From positions 136,121,121-136,185,120 of the forward strand of contig NC_068984.1 of assembly GCF_001194135.2 (NCBI RefSeq): 64,000 nucleotides of DNA. The letters run 5' to 3'. Shown one piece after another: positions 26,651-39,076 of the stretch. The notes beneath the pieces were generated by a model. That model saw only the letters and a program-made list of their open reading frames with translations. It had not been told where the DNA came from and made no database searches. Both the position numbers and the translations under genes were made by a program. This DNA is from Octopus bimaculoides. Lineage: Eukaryota. Every line of letters begins with the position of its first letter. The stretch's first letter is position 1.

Positions 26651-27207
26651 TAACCTCCGATATCTATATCCAGATGTGTATGTACAACTGTGTGTCTGCG
26701 CGCACGTCATTCTGAGTTCGCGGTTTTGAGGAGAACACGTGTTTTTCGCAGGCCGTCATTTATAAGACGTTTCCTGCGCTGATAATGGGAGATAAATCCG
26801 GGCGTAATTTCAGAATTTTCAGATGTTTTTTTCAGTTTTGCTCGTTGCGGGTCTCTTAGAACGTTCGTCAATATCGACATTTTTTCAGCCATCTTGGAAA
26901 CGTATGAACCACTCGTACACTTGTGTGTGGCTCATACACTCCTCCACTTCCCTTCTTTCACTCCTTGCAACTCTGTGCAGGACTCTGAGCTGGTATCGCC
27001 ATGACAAGTTTCTCTTTCATAGTCAATGCGATGATCACACGCTACATACCTTCCTTCCATGCACTGCTGTAAACAGTGAAAGAGCGATAGAACGCTAAAA
27101 CTTATTACACAACAGAGTTCAAGGTGAATTTTTCCAAGCGCCTTTGCTCTGCGTGCTTTAACTTTGTTACTATAGCAACAGTCCGGATACTTATTGATCA
27201 GATGTCG
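26651..27207 (-). mobile_element. Internally deleted mariner element, 557 bp
   Basis: The reverse strand reads EECMSHTQVYEWFIRFQDG*KNVDIDERSKRPATSKTEKNI, a mariner transposase HTH region. One TIR is gtccggatacttattgatcagatgtcg followed by TA (27181-27209). A degenerate partner TIR follows TA at 26649-26675. Confidence 0.8.
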
Positions 27208-27311
27208 TATCTATGTTTTAAAGAACGTGACACATTGAATTATAGGTTACGTGGTCAAATCTTCAGGTTGCAGCGGAACAATATGTATTAGATATATTAT
27301 TAACAAGCAGT

Positions 27312-27584
27312 GGCGATCTTTCGGTACTAGATCACATAACTTCCGGTCGTCGTGCGCACGCATACTATCGTATAGTGTGTTTATGTGTTTAAAGTTTGAG
27401 AACTGTATGAATCTGAGGGGAGAAGGTTTGAGTTTAGTGGGCCATTCATTTTTTTTTTCCTATTTAATGTTGTCTTTTCATATTTTCAAGTCATTTAAAA
27501 ACATAAACACACAATACGATAATGTAATCAGTATGTGTGCGCACAACGACCGGAAGTTATTGTATCTAGTACCGAAAGATCGAC
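27312..27584. mobile_element. MITE with long TIRs, Mutator-like (inferred), 273 bp
   Basis: 27314-27393 is an inverted repeat of 27495-27582 (about 80 bp, one 9-nt indel, few mismatches). The ends are G...C. The 9-bp flanks acaagcagt (27303-27311) and gcaagcagg (27585-27593) match at 7/9. Confidence 0.7.
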
Positions 27585-28452
27585 GCAAGCAGGTACTTTA
27601 TTTCTGTTTCTGTTTCGTCGTAACTATAGTAACTGCAGTCGCTGAAAAATAGCAGTAATAACAGCGATATTAAAACAACCAGAATGGCAACTCTAATTAT
27701 CGCTGCTAAAGGCGGTTACTATTAGCAATAATTAATTTATCAAGTTACCTGAAAATAACATGATCACACAAGCTTTGCAAAATAGTACTGCTTTTCTAAA
27801 CAGTGTTAGATCTTATACTTTTGTCAAAAACGTTTAATTAATCTGAAACCACGTTTTAGCATGTACAATTTTAATTCTGATGCTTTATAACGGATGACAA
27901 TTTACATGTATCCCTAATATCCAATAAACGAGAAGCGTGAAAATAAAAAGAAAATATTTGAACATACGGCTGACTTGGGGGCTAAATTTCAAAGCAGGAT
28001 AAAAAAAAAAAGCATTTATATGCTGAAGTCAAAGTATTGTTTGAGGAAGGGTTGGACCATGTACGTTAACCAAATTCGAAGGAATCAAACTGTTATATCA
28101 TCTCATGACAGACTGTGTACGTTGGGGCTTCAGGCTAGTTTTATTTCAGCTTACCCTGTTACAGTCATTTGCAGCATATACCGTCTCTCACTCTCTGCTC
28201 ATTTTATGTTCTTGTAGATGTTGAGACACAGATATCTGAGAAAATGAACATTAGCATAAACCTTACTGATCTTTCAAGGACTAAATTCTTCAAATTTCCC
28301 GCTGATTTTTTTTTTTTTAATGGAAGAAAATAAGCAAAAACAAACGATGATTTATAGAAGAAATAGGCAGTGAAAATTAGTAAACACTCAGATACTGCTG
28401 TGACGAGAGTCATGGTACACTCTACGAGAACTACTATAAATAATAGCGGTCT

Positions 28453-28456
<4 letters not shown>

Positions 28457-28534
<78 letters not shown>
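28457..28534. repeat. (GA)n microsatellite
   Basis: Seen directly in the sequence. Confidence 0.97.
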
Positions 28535-28539
<5 letters not shown>

Positions 28540-28730
28540 TAGGCGTTAATCACAGGCAGTTGTAGGGTATCGTTTGGATAGTTTGTCGAAATATCGTTTG
28601 TTGGTTCGTGTATAGTTCGTGGAGAGTGTGTTAGATTGTTGCGTTGTTTTTACACTACTTCGTTATAGGTTTTATTGTATCTACAAGGTTATAGTGTAAC
28701 AAAAGAACCATCATATCAATTGGCGATACA

Positions 28731-29043
28731 ACGTGTGATAAATTACACGGAAAACCTTACCAAAGAAAAATCACTTTAAACCGCTCTATTTTTCATTTCA
28801 AAACTTACACCAATATGGACTTTAACAATTTCTCTAGTGATATTTGGTAACTTTGGCCTACTAAAATTAGTAAATATTTAGACGAATGCAATTTAACCGA
28901 TTAGTGCATAACGTGCGTTAAATCATACGGAAAACTTTACTAAAGAGAAATAATTTAAAAAATTTAACCGCTCTACCTTTCATTTCAAAACCTATACCAA
29001 TATGGACTTTAACAATTTCTCTAGCGATAGGCAACTTTGGCCT
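28731..29043 (+). repeat. Diverged direct duplication, about 130-bp unit at 180-bp spacing
   Basis: Copies at 28731-28859 and 28911-29043 share acggaaaac, accgctcta, ttcatttcaaaac and accaatatggactttaacaatttctctag. Confidence 0.9.
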
Positions 29044-29496
29044 TATAATTTTATTTTACATTTTGCTGCGAACTTTTCCTTCAGTGGTCATCTTGATTTG
29101 GTCGAGTGAGCTTTATAGACGGCAAGTTTATGCTCTGTACATTTTTAGTGATAGAGAATCCCAAACTTTAATTAATATTTTTAATTCAGCATCTTATGTC
29201 TTTTAACTTTAAATGATATTTGAACCAAAAATATTTTCAGTGTTTTAATTTATTAAATGTTTTTCCCTTGAGTATAATAAATCATACACTGTTAATTTCA
29301 GAATATTATAGAATTCATATTTCAAGTGCAATTTCATTTATGTTTTGTTTTGTTTTGTTGTTTTTTGTTTTACTTTATTTCTTGTTTTTCCTAGTAAATA
29401 TGTTTAAGGATCTATTACTTAATTGCAAAAATAAATACATTTTTACATTTAGCTCTAAAATGTTTATAATTGCTTCGTTTCATTTTCATAACAACG

Positions 29497-29990
29497 ATGC
29501 CTAAGAGAAATATTAATATCGAGAAGGACGCAGAAGAAATATTGAACATTATCGGAGCAAGTGAGCATTTCGAATTCTTCGAAGTTGAAACTAACGATGC
29601 AGAAGAACTTGAATTAGTTTTGCACACCCCAAATGATGATCGAGATTCAGATAAAGATGATACAGGCAGTGATTGCAAAGAGGCCTCAGCAAATCTTAGT
29701 ATCATTGGTCGTGGTGTGCTTTCACAAAGCGCAGAATTTCGAGTGCAAAATCAAAATATAAAAAAATATTGATATAGATAGTGAATTAACTGAAGTTTCT
29801 GACAGTGTTCCGCGTGAAAAAGGTAGACGTGCAACACGAAAATTTCGCATCCATGGGTTTCTAAAGCATTAAAAAAAAATGGCCCGGTAGTGCGCCGGAT
29901 GGTAACATGAAGCATCAACAGGGTGCCGACAAAAATTTTAATGTTCTTCTCATTTCCTTTGCCAAAGGGGACAAAAAGGTTTTCAGGAAA
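29497..29990 (+). mobile_element. Possible internally deleted piggyBac-like transposase relic
   Basis: Acidic N-terminus MPKRNINIEKDAEEILNII..DDRDSDKDD, followed soon after by a broken basic segment (KGRRATRKFRI..CQRGQKGFQE) loosely like the piggyBac C-terminal domain. No matching TTAA/TIR pair was found, so the call is weak. Confidence 0.3.
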
Positions 29991-32832
29991 TATAGGCTGC
30001 TTATAGGTAGTGTCAATATTTTATCGTCGGCGTCGGAAATGTTTTTTAGTCAACAGTAATTCGAGATGCTGTGTTTTGGGGAAATATCCAATGTGGAATA
30101 TGCAGCGGTGAAAAATGAAGTATTGAACCATGTTACTTTTCTCCTTCTATCTTCCTTAAATAGCGAAAGGTAGAGTATCTTCCGTGCGTACTAAATACGA
30201 TGTACCTATGTCGATAATATGAAGATATTTCTATTTGAGGATATTCTAGTGTCTGTTCAAGAAATTCATTCTTCGAAGGTTATAACCGTAGCTACTGCAT
30301 GATATGGATTCTTATAAGAATGTTCGAAGAACGTCCATTCAACATATGCACTCCTTCGACAGAAACAGGAAAAATATACTTTCTTATCTTGTTTTATCAG
30401 CAGTAATCTTGGACCGAATAACTACACGTTTAGTATAATCTAGAAGATGCTGGATACGTTTCTCTGTTTGTTTAGACGAGAACAATACGTAGCATACGGT
30501 AAAAGGTTTAACAAGAAAACAAAATTGCCTGTTGGCGGATTCTAAGCTATTAGTTTACATAATTTTCACTGAAAATCTACTCAAATTAAAATAAAGAAGT
30601 ATTCTTATCCATTGGATTAGAGCTGTTCTCCATTCGTCAATCGATACAGTATTATCAATTGTCAAGCACTTGTCTAACTTCCTCTCACTTTCGCTTGTAC
30701 ACAAAATTGTGTGGGCGCGCACAGACACACGCACGCGCACGCACACCCACAGAAAGAGAATGGATAGGAGGGAGACAGAGATGTACACAAACATATTTAT
30801 ATGAAATATATATATATATATANNNNNNNNNNNNNNNNNNNNNNNNNNNNNNNNNNNNNNNNNNNNNNNNNNNNNNNNNNNNNNNNNNNNNNNNNNNNNN
30901 NNNNNNNNNNNNNNNNNNNNNNNNNNNNNNNNNNNNNNNNNNNNNNNNNNNNNNNNNNNNNNNNNNNNNNNNNNNNNNNNNNNNNNNNNNNNNNNNNNNN
31001 NNNNNNNNNNNNNNNNNNNNNNNNNNNNNNNNNNNNNNNNNNNNNNNNNNNNNNNNNNNNNNNNNNNNNNNNNNNNNNNNNNNNNNNNNNNNNNNNNNNN
31101 NNNNNNNNNNNNNNNNNNNNNNNNNNNNNNNNNNNNNNNNNNNNNATAGATGCATATATATATATATATTCTTAGTATATATATATATATGTTAAGAATA
31201 TATATATATATATTAAGAATATATATATATATATATAATCGTAGGTAAGTAAGTAAAGATAGGGAGAGAGAGAGAGATAACTAGATACACACATACATAG
31301 TCAGACAGATAGATAGATAGGTTGGTAGATCTTTTCATAAAATGTATTTAAATTGTAATTACTAGCTACTTTGTAGCATGGTAAATATCTTTTGGGGGAA
31401 TTCGTGCTTTGGTGCCCTTGTGGCAAACAAGGAAAACATTACACGAATGATTATTGGTGTGTTTTCTTTTGGTTTTTTATCAATACTCCATTGTCTATAA
31501 TTAATTTGAACACCTCACAGTCACTTTATTTTATGGAGGCTATAATTAATATGAGGAAAAGATAATTTAACGGTTGTGAATCGGTGTAAAAATATGTATT
31601 GAAATGAATGTTTATGACTAATGGCTATATCTTTCATAAATATTTACTATATATACATGTAAACATATACACACCTACATATATACCTCTCCACCACCCA
31701 ATCGCACAGGCATATCTCTATCATTTCACTTTCCATTCTATATATGTGTATTTGTTTGCATGTGTATATATTTCTACATAGACACATATTTATGCATATA
31801 TAATTATATACTTAGATATACTTATATACTTACACACACACACACACACACATACACATATATATATTTTCATACTTGTAAATATATACGTATATAAACA
31901 TATTTTACACACTATATACATTACCTATATACACATAAATATATACACATATATATAAACATATATGTACATATATACATATGTGTGAATGTATGTATTT
32001 ACGTGTTTGTGTTTGTGCAGACTTAAAGATTGGACCATTCATATAATCTCAAACAATTACACACCCTCAGGATTATTTATATGTTTGTTCTGCTATAAAC
32101 GAGAGCATGCACAAATGATTCATTTAATGTATTGTCTCTATGTTATACGTAAATAAATACGATAAAAACAGTAATAAAAGGAAAGAAAATTCATCAAGCT
32201 AAACACATTATTTTATTCCTAATCGCTATATGTAGAGTAATATCTTAATTAATTGCGATATAATATATAATACAATTCACCTTCAGAAGTTATAATGATT
32301 TTTCTAAAACAATCTACTGAACCACACTGTTTTAAACACTGCCGAAAGATTAGAGGCAAATATTATAAATAATAAATGAAAATCAAAGCACAAAATGNNN
32401 NNNNNNNNNNNNNNNNNNNNNNNNNNNNNNNNNNNNNNNNNNNNNNNNNNNNNNNNNNNNNNNNNNNNNNNNNNNNNNNNNNNNNNNNNNNNNNNNNNNN
32501 NNNNNNNNNNNNNNNNNNNNNNNNNNNNNNNNNNNNNNNNNNNNNNNNNNNNNNNNNNNNNNNNNNNNNNNNNNNNNNNNNNNNNNNNNNNNNNNNNNNN
32601 NNNNNNNNNNNNNNNNNNNNNNNNNNNNNNNNNNNNNNNNNNNATATATATATAAATCAACTTTACATCATGTTGATATGTATTTATTTCATTCTTTAAT
32701 GGTTCTATATATTAATATAGTAATAATGTATAGCATTTTTATATATCTATCTATCCAAATAGACATTTATATATTTCTGTACAAGTATGTCGGTTTATAT
32801 GTAGGTATGTGCATACGTATGCTTGTCTGTGT

Positions 32833-32884
<52 letters not shown>

Positions 32885-34010
32885 AGAGAGTTCGTGTGTT
32901 TATATATATGATGAGTTGGTAAATTTATTTATTGGGTAATGGTTTTGCAGTTTAATATTTCCAAACTCAATAATATGTTACATAGATCAATAATTATGTA
33001 AGCTGCAATTTGAGATGTTTTTAGCATTCAATGTCTGACTGATAACATTTTCCACTACTTCTCCTGGTATTGTCACACAGAATAGTATGTTACTTTACAC
33101 GTTCATATTTCTCATTCATTAAGTAGTAACGTCTTTTTTCAGACGTTAAGTAGTAACGTCTTTTTTCATTTTACATCCATACGTAAAATGATTTTAGAGA
33201 CAGACCTGTATAAGCTGGGTTTGCGTAAAAGTTTTTTTTCTAGATGTAATCCATTTTACAAAAGGTCTCTACTTGAAATGGTAAATATATTTATTTCCTA
33301 CTGACATACGTTATTGAGTTTATAATGTGTTTTCTGTTATTGGTTAAAACTAATTTAGTCAAGTAATTTTACTAATTTTCCGCAAGGTTATTTGAGGACA
33401 AACCTTTTTTTGAAAATTGCCGCATATAAAAATTATCAAAATATAAAAATGGCGCAAAATGAGCAGCTGTCAAAGTTTACCATATACNNNNNNNNNNNNN
33501 NNNNNNNNNNNNNNNNNNNNNNNNNNNNNNNNNNNNNNNNNNNNNNNNNNNNNNNNNNNNNNNNNNNNNNNNNNNNNNNNNNNNNNNNNNNNNNNNNNNN
33601 NNNNNNNNNNNNNNNNNNNNNNNNNNNNNNNNNNNNNNNNNNNNNNNNNNNNNNNNNNNNNNNNNNNNNNNNNNNNNNNNNNNNNNNNNNNNNNNNNNNN
33701 NNNNNNNNNNNNNNNNNNNNNNNNNNNNNNNNNNNNNNNNNNNNNNNNNNNNNNNNNNNNNNNNNNNNNNNNNNNNNNNNNNNNNNNNNNNNNNNNNNNN
33801 NNNNNNNNNNNNNNNNNNNNNNNNNNNNNNNNNNNNNNNNNNNNNNNNNNNNNNNNNNNNNNNNNNNNNNNNNNNNNNNNNNNNNNNNNNNNNNNNNNNN
33901 NNNNNNNNNNNNNNNNNNNNNNNNNNNNNNNNNNNNNNNNNNNNNNNNNNNNNNNNNNNNNNNNNNNNNNNNNNNNNNNNNNNNNNNNNNNNNNNNNNNN
34001 NTATATACAC

Positions 34011-34041
<31 letters not shown>

Positions 34042-34684
34042 TACTCACATATACCACGGTGTGCGTGCGTCCGTGAATGTATTTATGTGTGACGATTGCC
34101 TGTTATTCACACCAACTGACGGTGTGCACCTTCTACGACGACTACATAATTCTGTGTTCTCCATCAGAAGCTATGCACTATAATGACAATTGGCCTTGTT
34201 TAAAGAGACCATTCTTCAACCCAACCACAGGCTTCCAATGAATAGCTGTCGTATTCTCTTTCAAGTGGCGAAGATTTATTTGTTCCTTGATTCGGAACTT
34301 GGACGCTTGAATGGCTCTCAATTACAAGTTATGAGTTCAACATTTAAAAGTTTACTGCTATCTACAGGTTTTATATCCTTTGCATTTTGCTTCAATCACG
34401 GGTGTGTATAATGCGAAACTCTCAAAATGCAAGACCATAATCGTCACATATCAATTAACTTCGCGGCATTTACAGTCAGATCAAATTTCATGTAGACATT
34501 TTTAACTTCAGTTTTTAAGATGAATCGTATTCTAGAATATAAAGTAGGGAGTCTGTCTGTATTACATTCATTTTCCGAGGTATAATACGGCCTACTCACC
34601 TCATTCTGACAGGTCTCAAGGGAACGTATATGATTAAAATGTTTGTTGACACCTAAACCCCAATACCATTCACATAGCTCATCC

Positions 34685-34719
<35 letters not shown>

Positions 34720-34884
34720 TGTATGTATGTATGTTATCAATCAGTTTCATTTCTGTATTTCTTGTCAATAGAGAAAGAGCCGGACTCTAACATAGATTCA
34801 AGGCTCCTTCATTGGAACTTTTATCAACATCATCTAGGTATTTGTGGATATGTGTGTGTGTGTGTGCAGTATTTGGTGTTAGTG

Positions 34885-35129
34885 TATGCGCAGATTTGTA
34901 TGTTTGTTTTGTGGATGCATTTTTATGTATATATTTTCATGTCTAGGCGTATGCATATGTATTTATGCGTAGATTTGTATGTTTGTTTTGTGGATGCGTT
35001 TTTATGTATATATTTTCATGTTTAGGCGTATCCATATGTATTTATGCGCAGATTTGTATGTTTGTTTTATGGATGCGTTTTTATGTATATATTTTCATGT
35101 CTAGATGCATGCATATGTATTTATGCGCT
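34885..35129. repeat. 79-bp tandem repeat, about 3.1 copies
   Basis: The unit starts tatgcg at 34885, 34964, 35043 and 35122. Copies differ by a few substitutions. Confidence 0.95.
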
Positions 35130-35259
35130 AAATGTTTGGAAAGTTTATGTATGTATGTATGTATGTATGTATGTATGTATGTGATCTTCTGTTTTTGATT
35201 ATTCCAAAGCATTTTATTTGCTGATTATGAAGGAGTGGCGTTAGAGCTACAATAAATGA

Positions 35260-35659
35260 AGGCCTGTGTAGTTAAGAAGATCGCTTTATAACCATATGGT
35301 TTTACGTTCAGTCCATTGTGTGACACCTAGCGTAGACACGGGCTGCCCAATGGCTTCTGAGTGGCTTTAATAGACAGGATCTACTTGAGAACATATTACG
35401 TGCGTGTGTGTGTGTTTGTGTGTGTGTGTCTGTCCGACTGCTTTGGTGTGCGTATGTTTGTATTTGTTTCCACCACTGCTTCTAAACCGGCATTGGTTTG
35501 TTTACATCCCAGTAACTTACCGATTTTGTAGAAGAGACCGAAAGAGTTAGTACGAGATTTTGAAGAAAAATGCTGGCGGCAATTCGTTTGATTAAACATT
35601 CCAGCGCAATGCTCCAGCATGGTCGCAGTCCATTGAGGTAAAGAAGTAAAAGATAAAAG
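35260..35659 (+). mobile_element. Degraded family-C SINE
   Basis: Head ggcctgtgtagttaagaag..gttcagtcc, internal (TG)n, and tail accggcattggtttgtttac..tgctccagcatggtcgcagtc..gtaaaagataaaag, collinear with 44702-45145. Confidence 0.75.
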
Positions 35660-36663
35660 GCAGAAAATATTAAGTACTTAAGTAAATTGGATAAACTGAA
35701 GAGTAATACAGCTGAAATCGACCCGAAATTCGAAACAACAATTTCTCAGTTCCCTGTAATTAGTATATGTACCTTTATTTCATGTATCGTGGGTGTATTT
35801 TACCCATTTCGTCCGGGTTTTATTAGCGTACTGCCAATTTTCTTTCATGTTTATATGTAATCAATTGCAATTCAGAGGAGAATTCGTTATCCAGATCAGA
35901 TTTACATAATAGCATGCGTATTATGTTAGCAGATCTTCCAGATATTACTTTGATCTGAAACTGTTGCTGAGCTTGTAACTAGAAAGAACTGTAAAATATG
36001 TATTATGAAGGTATTCGTACTTTTCTACTTTTTCCCCCCATCATATGCAACTAAAAGATACCTTTATTTCTCTTCGTTCATTGATCTAAATATAATTGCT
36101 CCTTTGATATCCATGCATAGGATCAATAATGGTAGAAACAATCTCAAATACTTTATGGAATGGAATTGTATAAACACGCTTCAGAGACCTGAGGTTACAT
36201 ATTAGGATCCAATGTAACTATTGAAATCTCGAAACACTGAAATCCCGAGAATTCACTCTTTTCAATATGTTTATGCCGTTTCTAATATCCACATTGTGAT
36301 AAATTTCCAACTCATAAATCATTTTAAAGTATTTTGGTTGGGACCGCAGTAAGGCCGCGTCACGGGTTTTTAAATGCTTTGCTTTCCTTTTGAGTTTTAC
36401 GATTATTTACATTGCCTGTTCTCATGTTACATGTTCCCGTAAATTGTCGTTTCTCGTATAGTCTCTTCTCAAGGGATTATTGCTGATATTTTCTATTGCT
36501 GTAGGTTTGATGCTTGTTTGCATCTGTTTACACTGTAACAATGTATAAACGAATTAGCCGAGCCGAAACAAATGCTTTAACATGTCCGGGTGACAATGGT
36601 TGATCGGAGACATGACAAAGCATCTACCATACATTGTCATGAATACATAGGAGAGATGCTATA

Positions 36664-36716
<53 letters not shown>

Positions 36717-38378
36717 ATGAGGCTATGTATAATTTGTCGTTGTCAATAACGTGATGGATGCAGCATTATGTTATTTTCCTGGCTATATGAACTGTAGATA
36801 TTTAATAGCATGGATGAGCTTGGCCGCATCGAAACTGAATGGCTGATAGACGTTGAGAACATATGAAGTTATTGAACACATACACGCGCACACGGTCAGA
36901 CACTCGCCAGTGCACAATCACCCATGCACAACCATACACTCGAACTCACACACATACGCCCACACATAGAAACAGTCATACATATGAATAGGTAAACCGC
37001 TATATTAAGGAACGCAAACATTTATATGTATTTAATTTCTTATATTTACGTATCTGCCGTTACGGCTCTAGTGCTATTAACTTCTTGATTGAGTCGTGGG
37101 AGCAATGTCGTACCGATGCAGGCTTACACCTGGCTGAGACCATATCCCTTAGGTATTTCCACGATCGATTACTTCCATAAAGAAAAAATAGATACAAAAG
37201 GGAAAAAAAGATGGGGAGAAGAAAACTGGACACAAGTAGAGGACTTGTACATTGTTTATCGAATCGGAGACCATTATAGAAAAATTGACCTCGATGTCAT
37301 TTGAGCTCGTAGCGAAGAAATGAATTGCTTCCCGAAATGATTTCCACAAATCAATCTATCCATCGTCCTACCGACACTGCCAGTTTGTCATGCATGAGTG
37401 CAGGTGTGTGTGTATGCATATGTGTATTATGTATGTATGTATGTATATATGTATGTATGTATTATGCATGTATGTATNNNNNNNNNNNNNNNNNNNNNNN
37501 NNNNNNNNNNNNNNNNNNNNNNNNNNNNNNNNNNNNNNNNNNNNNNNNNNNNNNNNNNNNNNNNNNNNNNNNNNNNNACAAATATACATACATACAGTCA
37601 TACATGCGAACACATAGAATCATACGTCGATTTAGAGACACTCGAAGGTTGTAGTCGCATTCTTGACGTGAGAGATAGTTCAGTGAGTATAAGCTATATA
37701 GCTTCTCCAGCATCAACGCTGAAGTTGCCAGTCTTATTAAATCACTGGTTATTCTTCTGATCATACGGTGTTAAATAATGATTTAGTCAAAATCGTAGTG
37801 ACATATCTTTCAAGCATGAATTACCCGTGCACGATTCTATTACGAAGACACATGGATGAAATGATAAAACGAACGCTACCGAAGAAGTCCCGGAAAATAA
37901 ACATCGAATAAGGTAAACAAACTATTTCTTCTTTTACGTATCGAAGAAATCAATTTCGTGGATATGTGAACACAATAATGATCTGTGTGATTGTTATAAA
38001 ATGGCAAAATAAAATTGCCTCAGTTGGAAGTATGAAAAGAATGAGATCATAATGGGACGAGCTTAATCGTTTCACAACCAAGCAATTACGTCAACGGGTG
38101 AGATTTGTTGAAGGAAAAAATTTCGATTATGCTAATCTGTGTCCGAAAAATTACGAGTGTGATTTTTTTTTTTTTCTCGAAAATACACACACGGTACACG
38201 TGAGCTTTGTTCTAGATCAGCCATGACTTTGACAATCACCAACGTCCCCCTTTCAGTAACGCTGCGTAACAAATCATGCTGACTGCTACTGCTTCCATGT
38301 CAGAAAGTTTCCTAGGTGATTGCCAGCATATTGCCAGCGAATCTAGCAACCATCGAGCAACAATATTCTCCTATTTTG

Positions 38379-38382
<4 letters not shown>

Positions 38383-38451
<69 letters not shown>
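38383..38451. repeat. (GA)n microsatellite
   Basis: Seen directly in the sequence. Confidence 0.97.
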
Positions 38452-38453
<2 letters not shown>

Positions 38454-39076
38454 ATTATAAACATTTGAAGGACTTTCTCAATGAAATCCGGATTGAGAAA
38501 ATATCACAACTAATAAAGAAAAAAGAAAACAAGAACGAAATAAACTGATTCTCACTAAATCAAAGGAGATTATTAACAGCAATGTTAAAGCTCATTTTGG
38601 CAAATTAACGCTTGTTTATATGCTGTTTCAACAACTTCTAGAAGGTACTACCTCGGAGATACTGAATGATCAAAGAAAGCTAAATCAATAAAAACATGCT
38701 GTCGAGGGTTGGGATAATAGAATAAATGGATCTTTGTTCTATGGAGAACTATCTCTCATGTGACGTTGCTTATTACATGCATGTAGGCAGATATATATAT
38801 TTCCCAACATGAAAGAGTGAAAAGTAAAATAGAAACAATATTTGGAGAGTGTACACAGAGTATTTGAGGGGAGATTGATCAACATCAAACGGGCACAAAA
38901 ATATGTCGACGGCAAAAGAAACAAAACCACCATCAGAAAAGAATAGCTGAAATTAAATGTAAAAATAATATAACCAAAACAAATTGGCAATTGTAAGGGA
39001 ACAGTGAATAAATATATCACTGAGATCAGTTCGTGAACTAAAGTCTCGATGGAAGCAAAGGAATTACGTTAGATTG

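Noticed and set aside
26707-26892. Minus-strand ORF MAEKMSIL.. with a CAAGATGGC (YY1/Kozak-like) start, first read as a first exon
   Set aside because: Another frame reads as mariner transposase (QVYEWF..RF.DG..DERS.RP) and TIRs flank it.
33119-33168. 23-bp direct repeat at 27-bp spacing with a small internal hairpin
   Set aside because: Only two copies, consistent with ordinary slippage. It is not a CRISPR-like array.
34050-34690. Minus-strand coding-like stretch (PYYTSEN.., KCKGYKTC) possibly from a Penelope-like element
   Set aside because: No GIY-YIG or RT motif is readable, so the similarity is too weak to call.
35690-35750. CTGAAGA..CGAAA, a possible hammerhead
   Set aside because: No stem III, no cleavage triplet and no stem I complement.
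37085-37310. GKKRWG..WTQVEDL resembling an RTE C-terminus
   Set aside because: The match is short and needs several assumed frameshifts.
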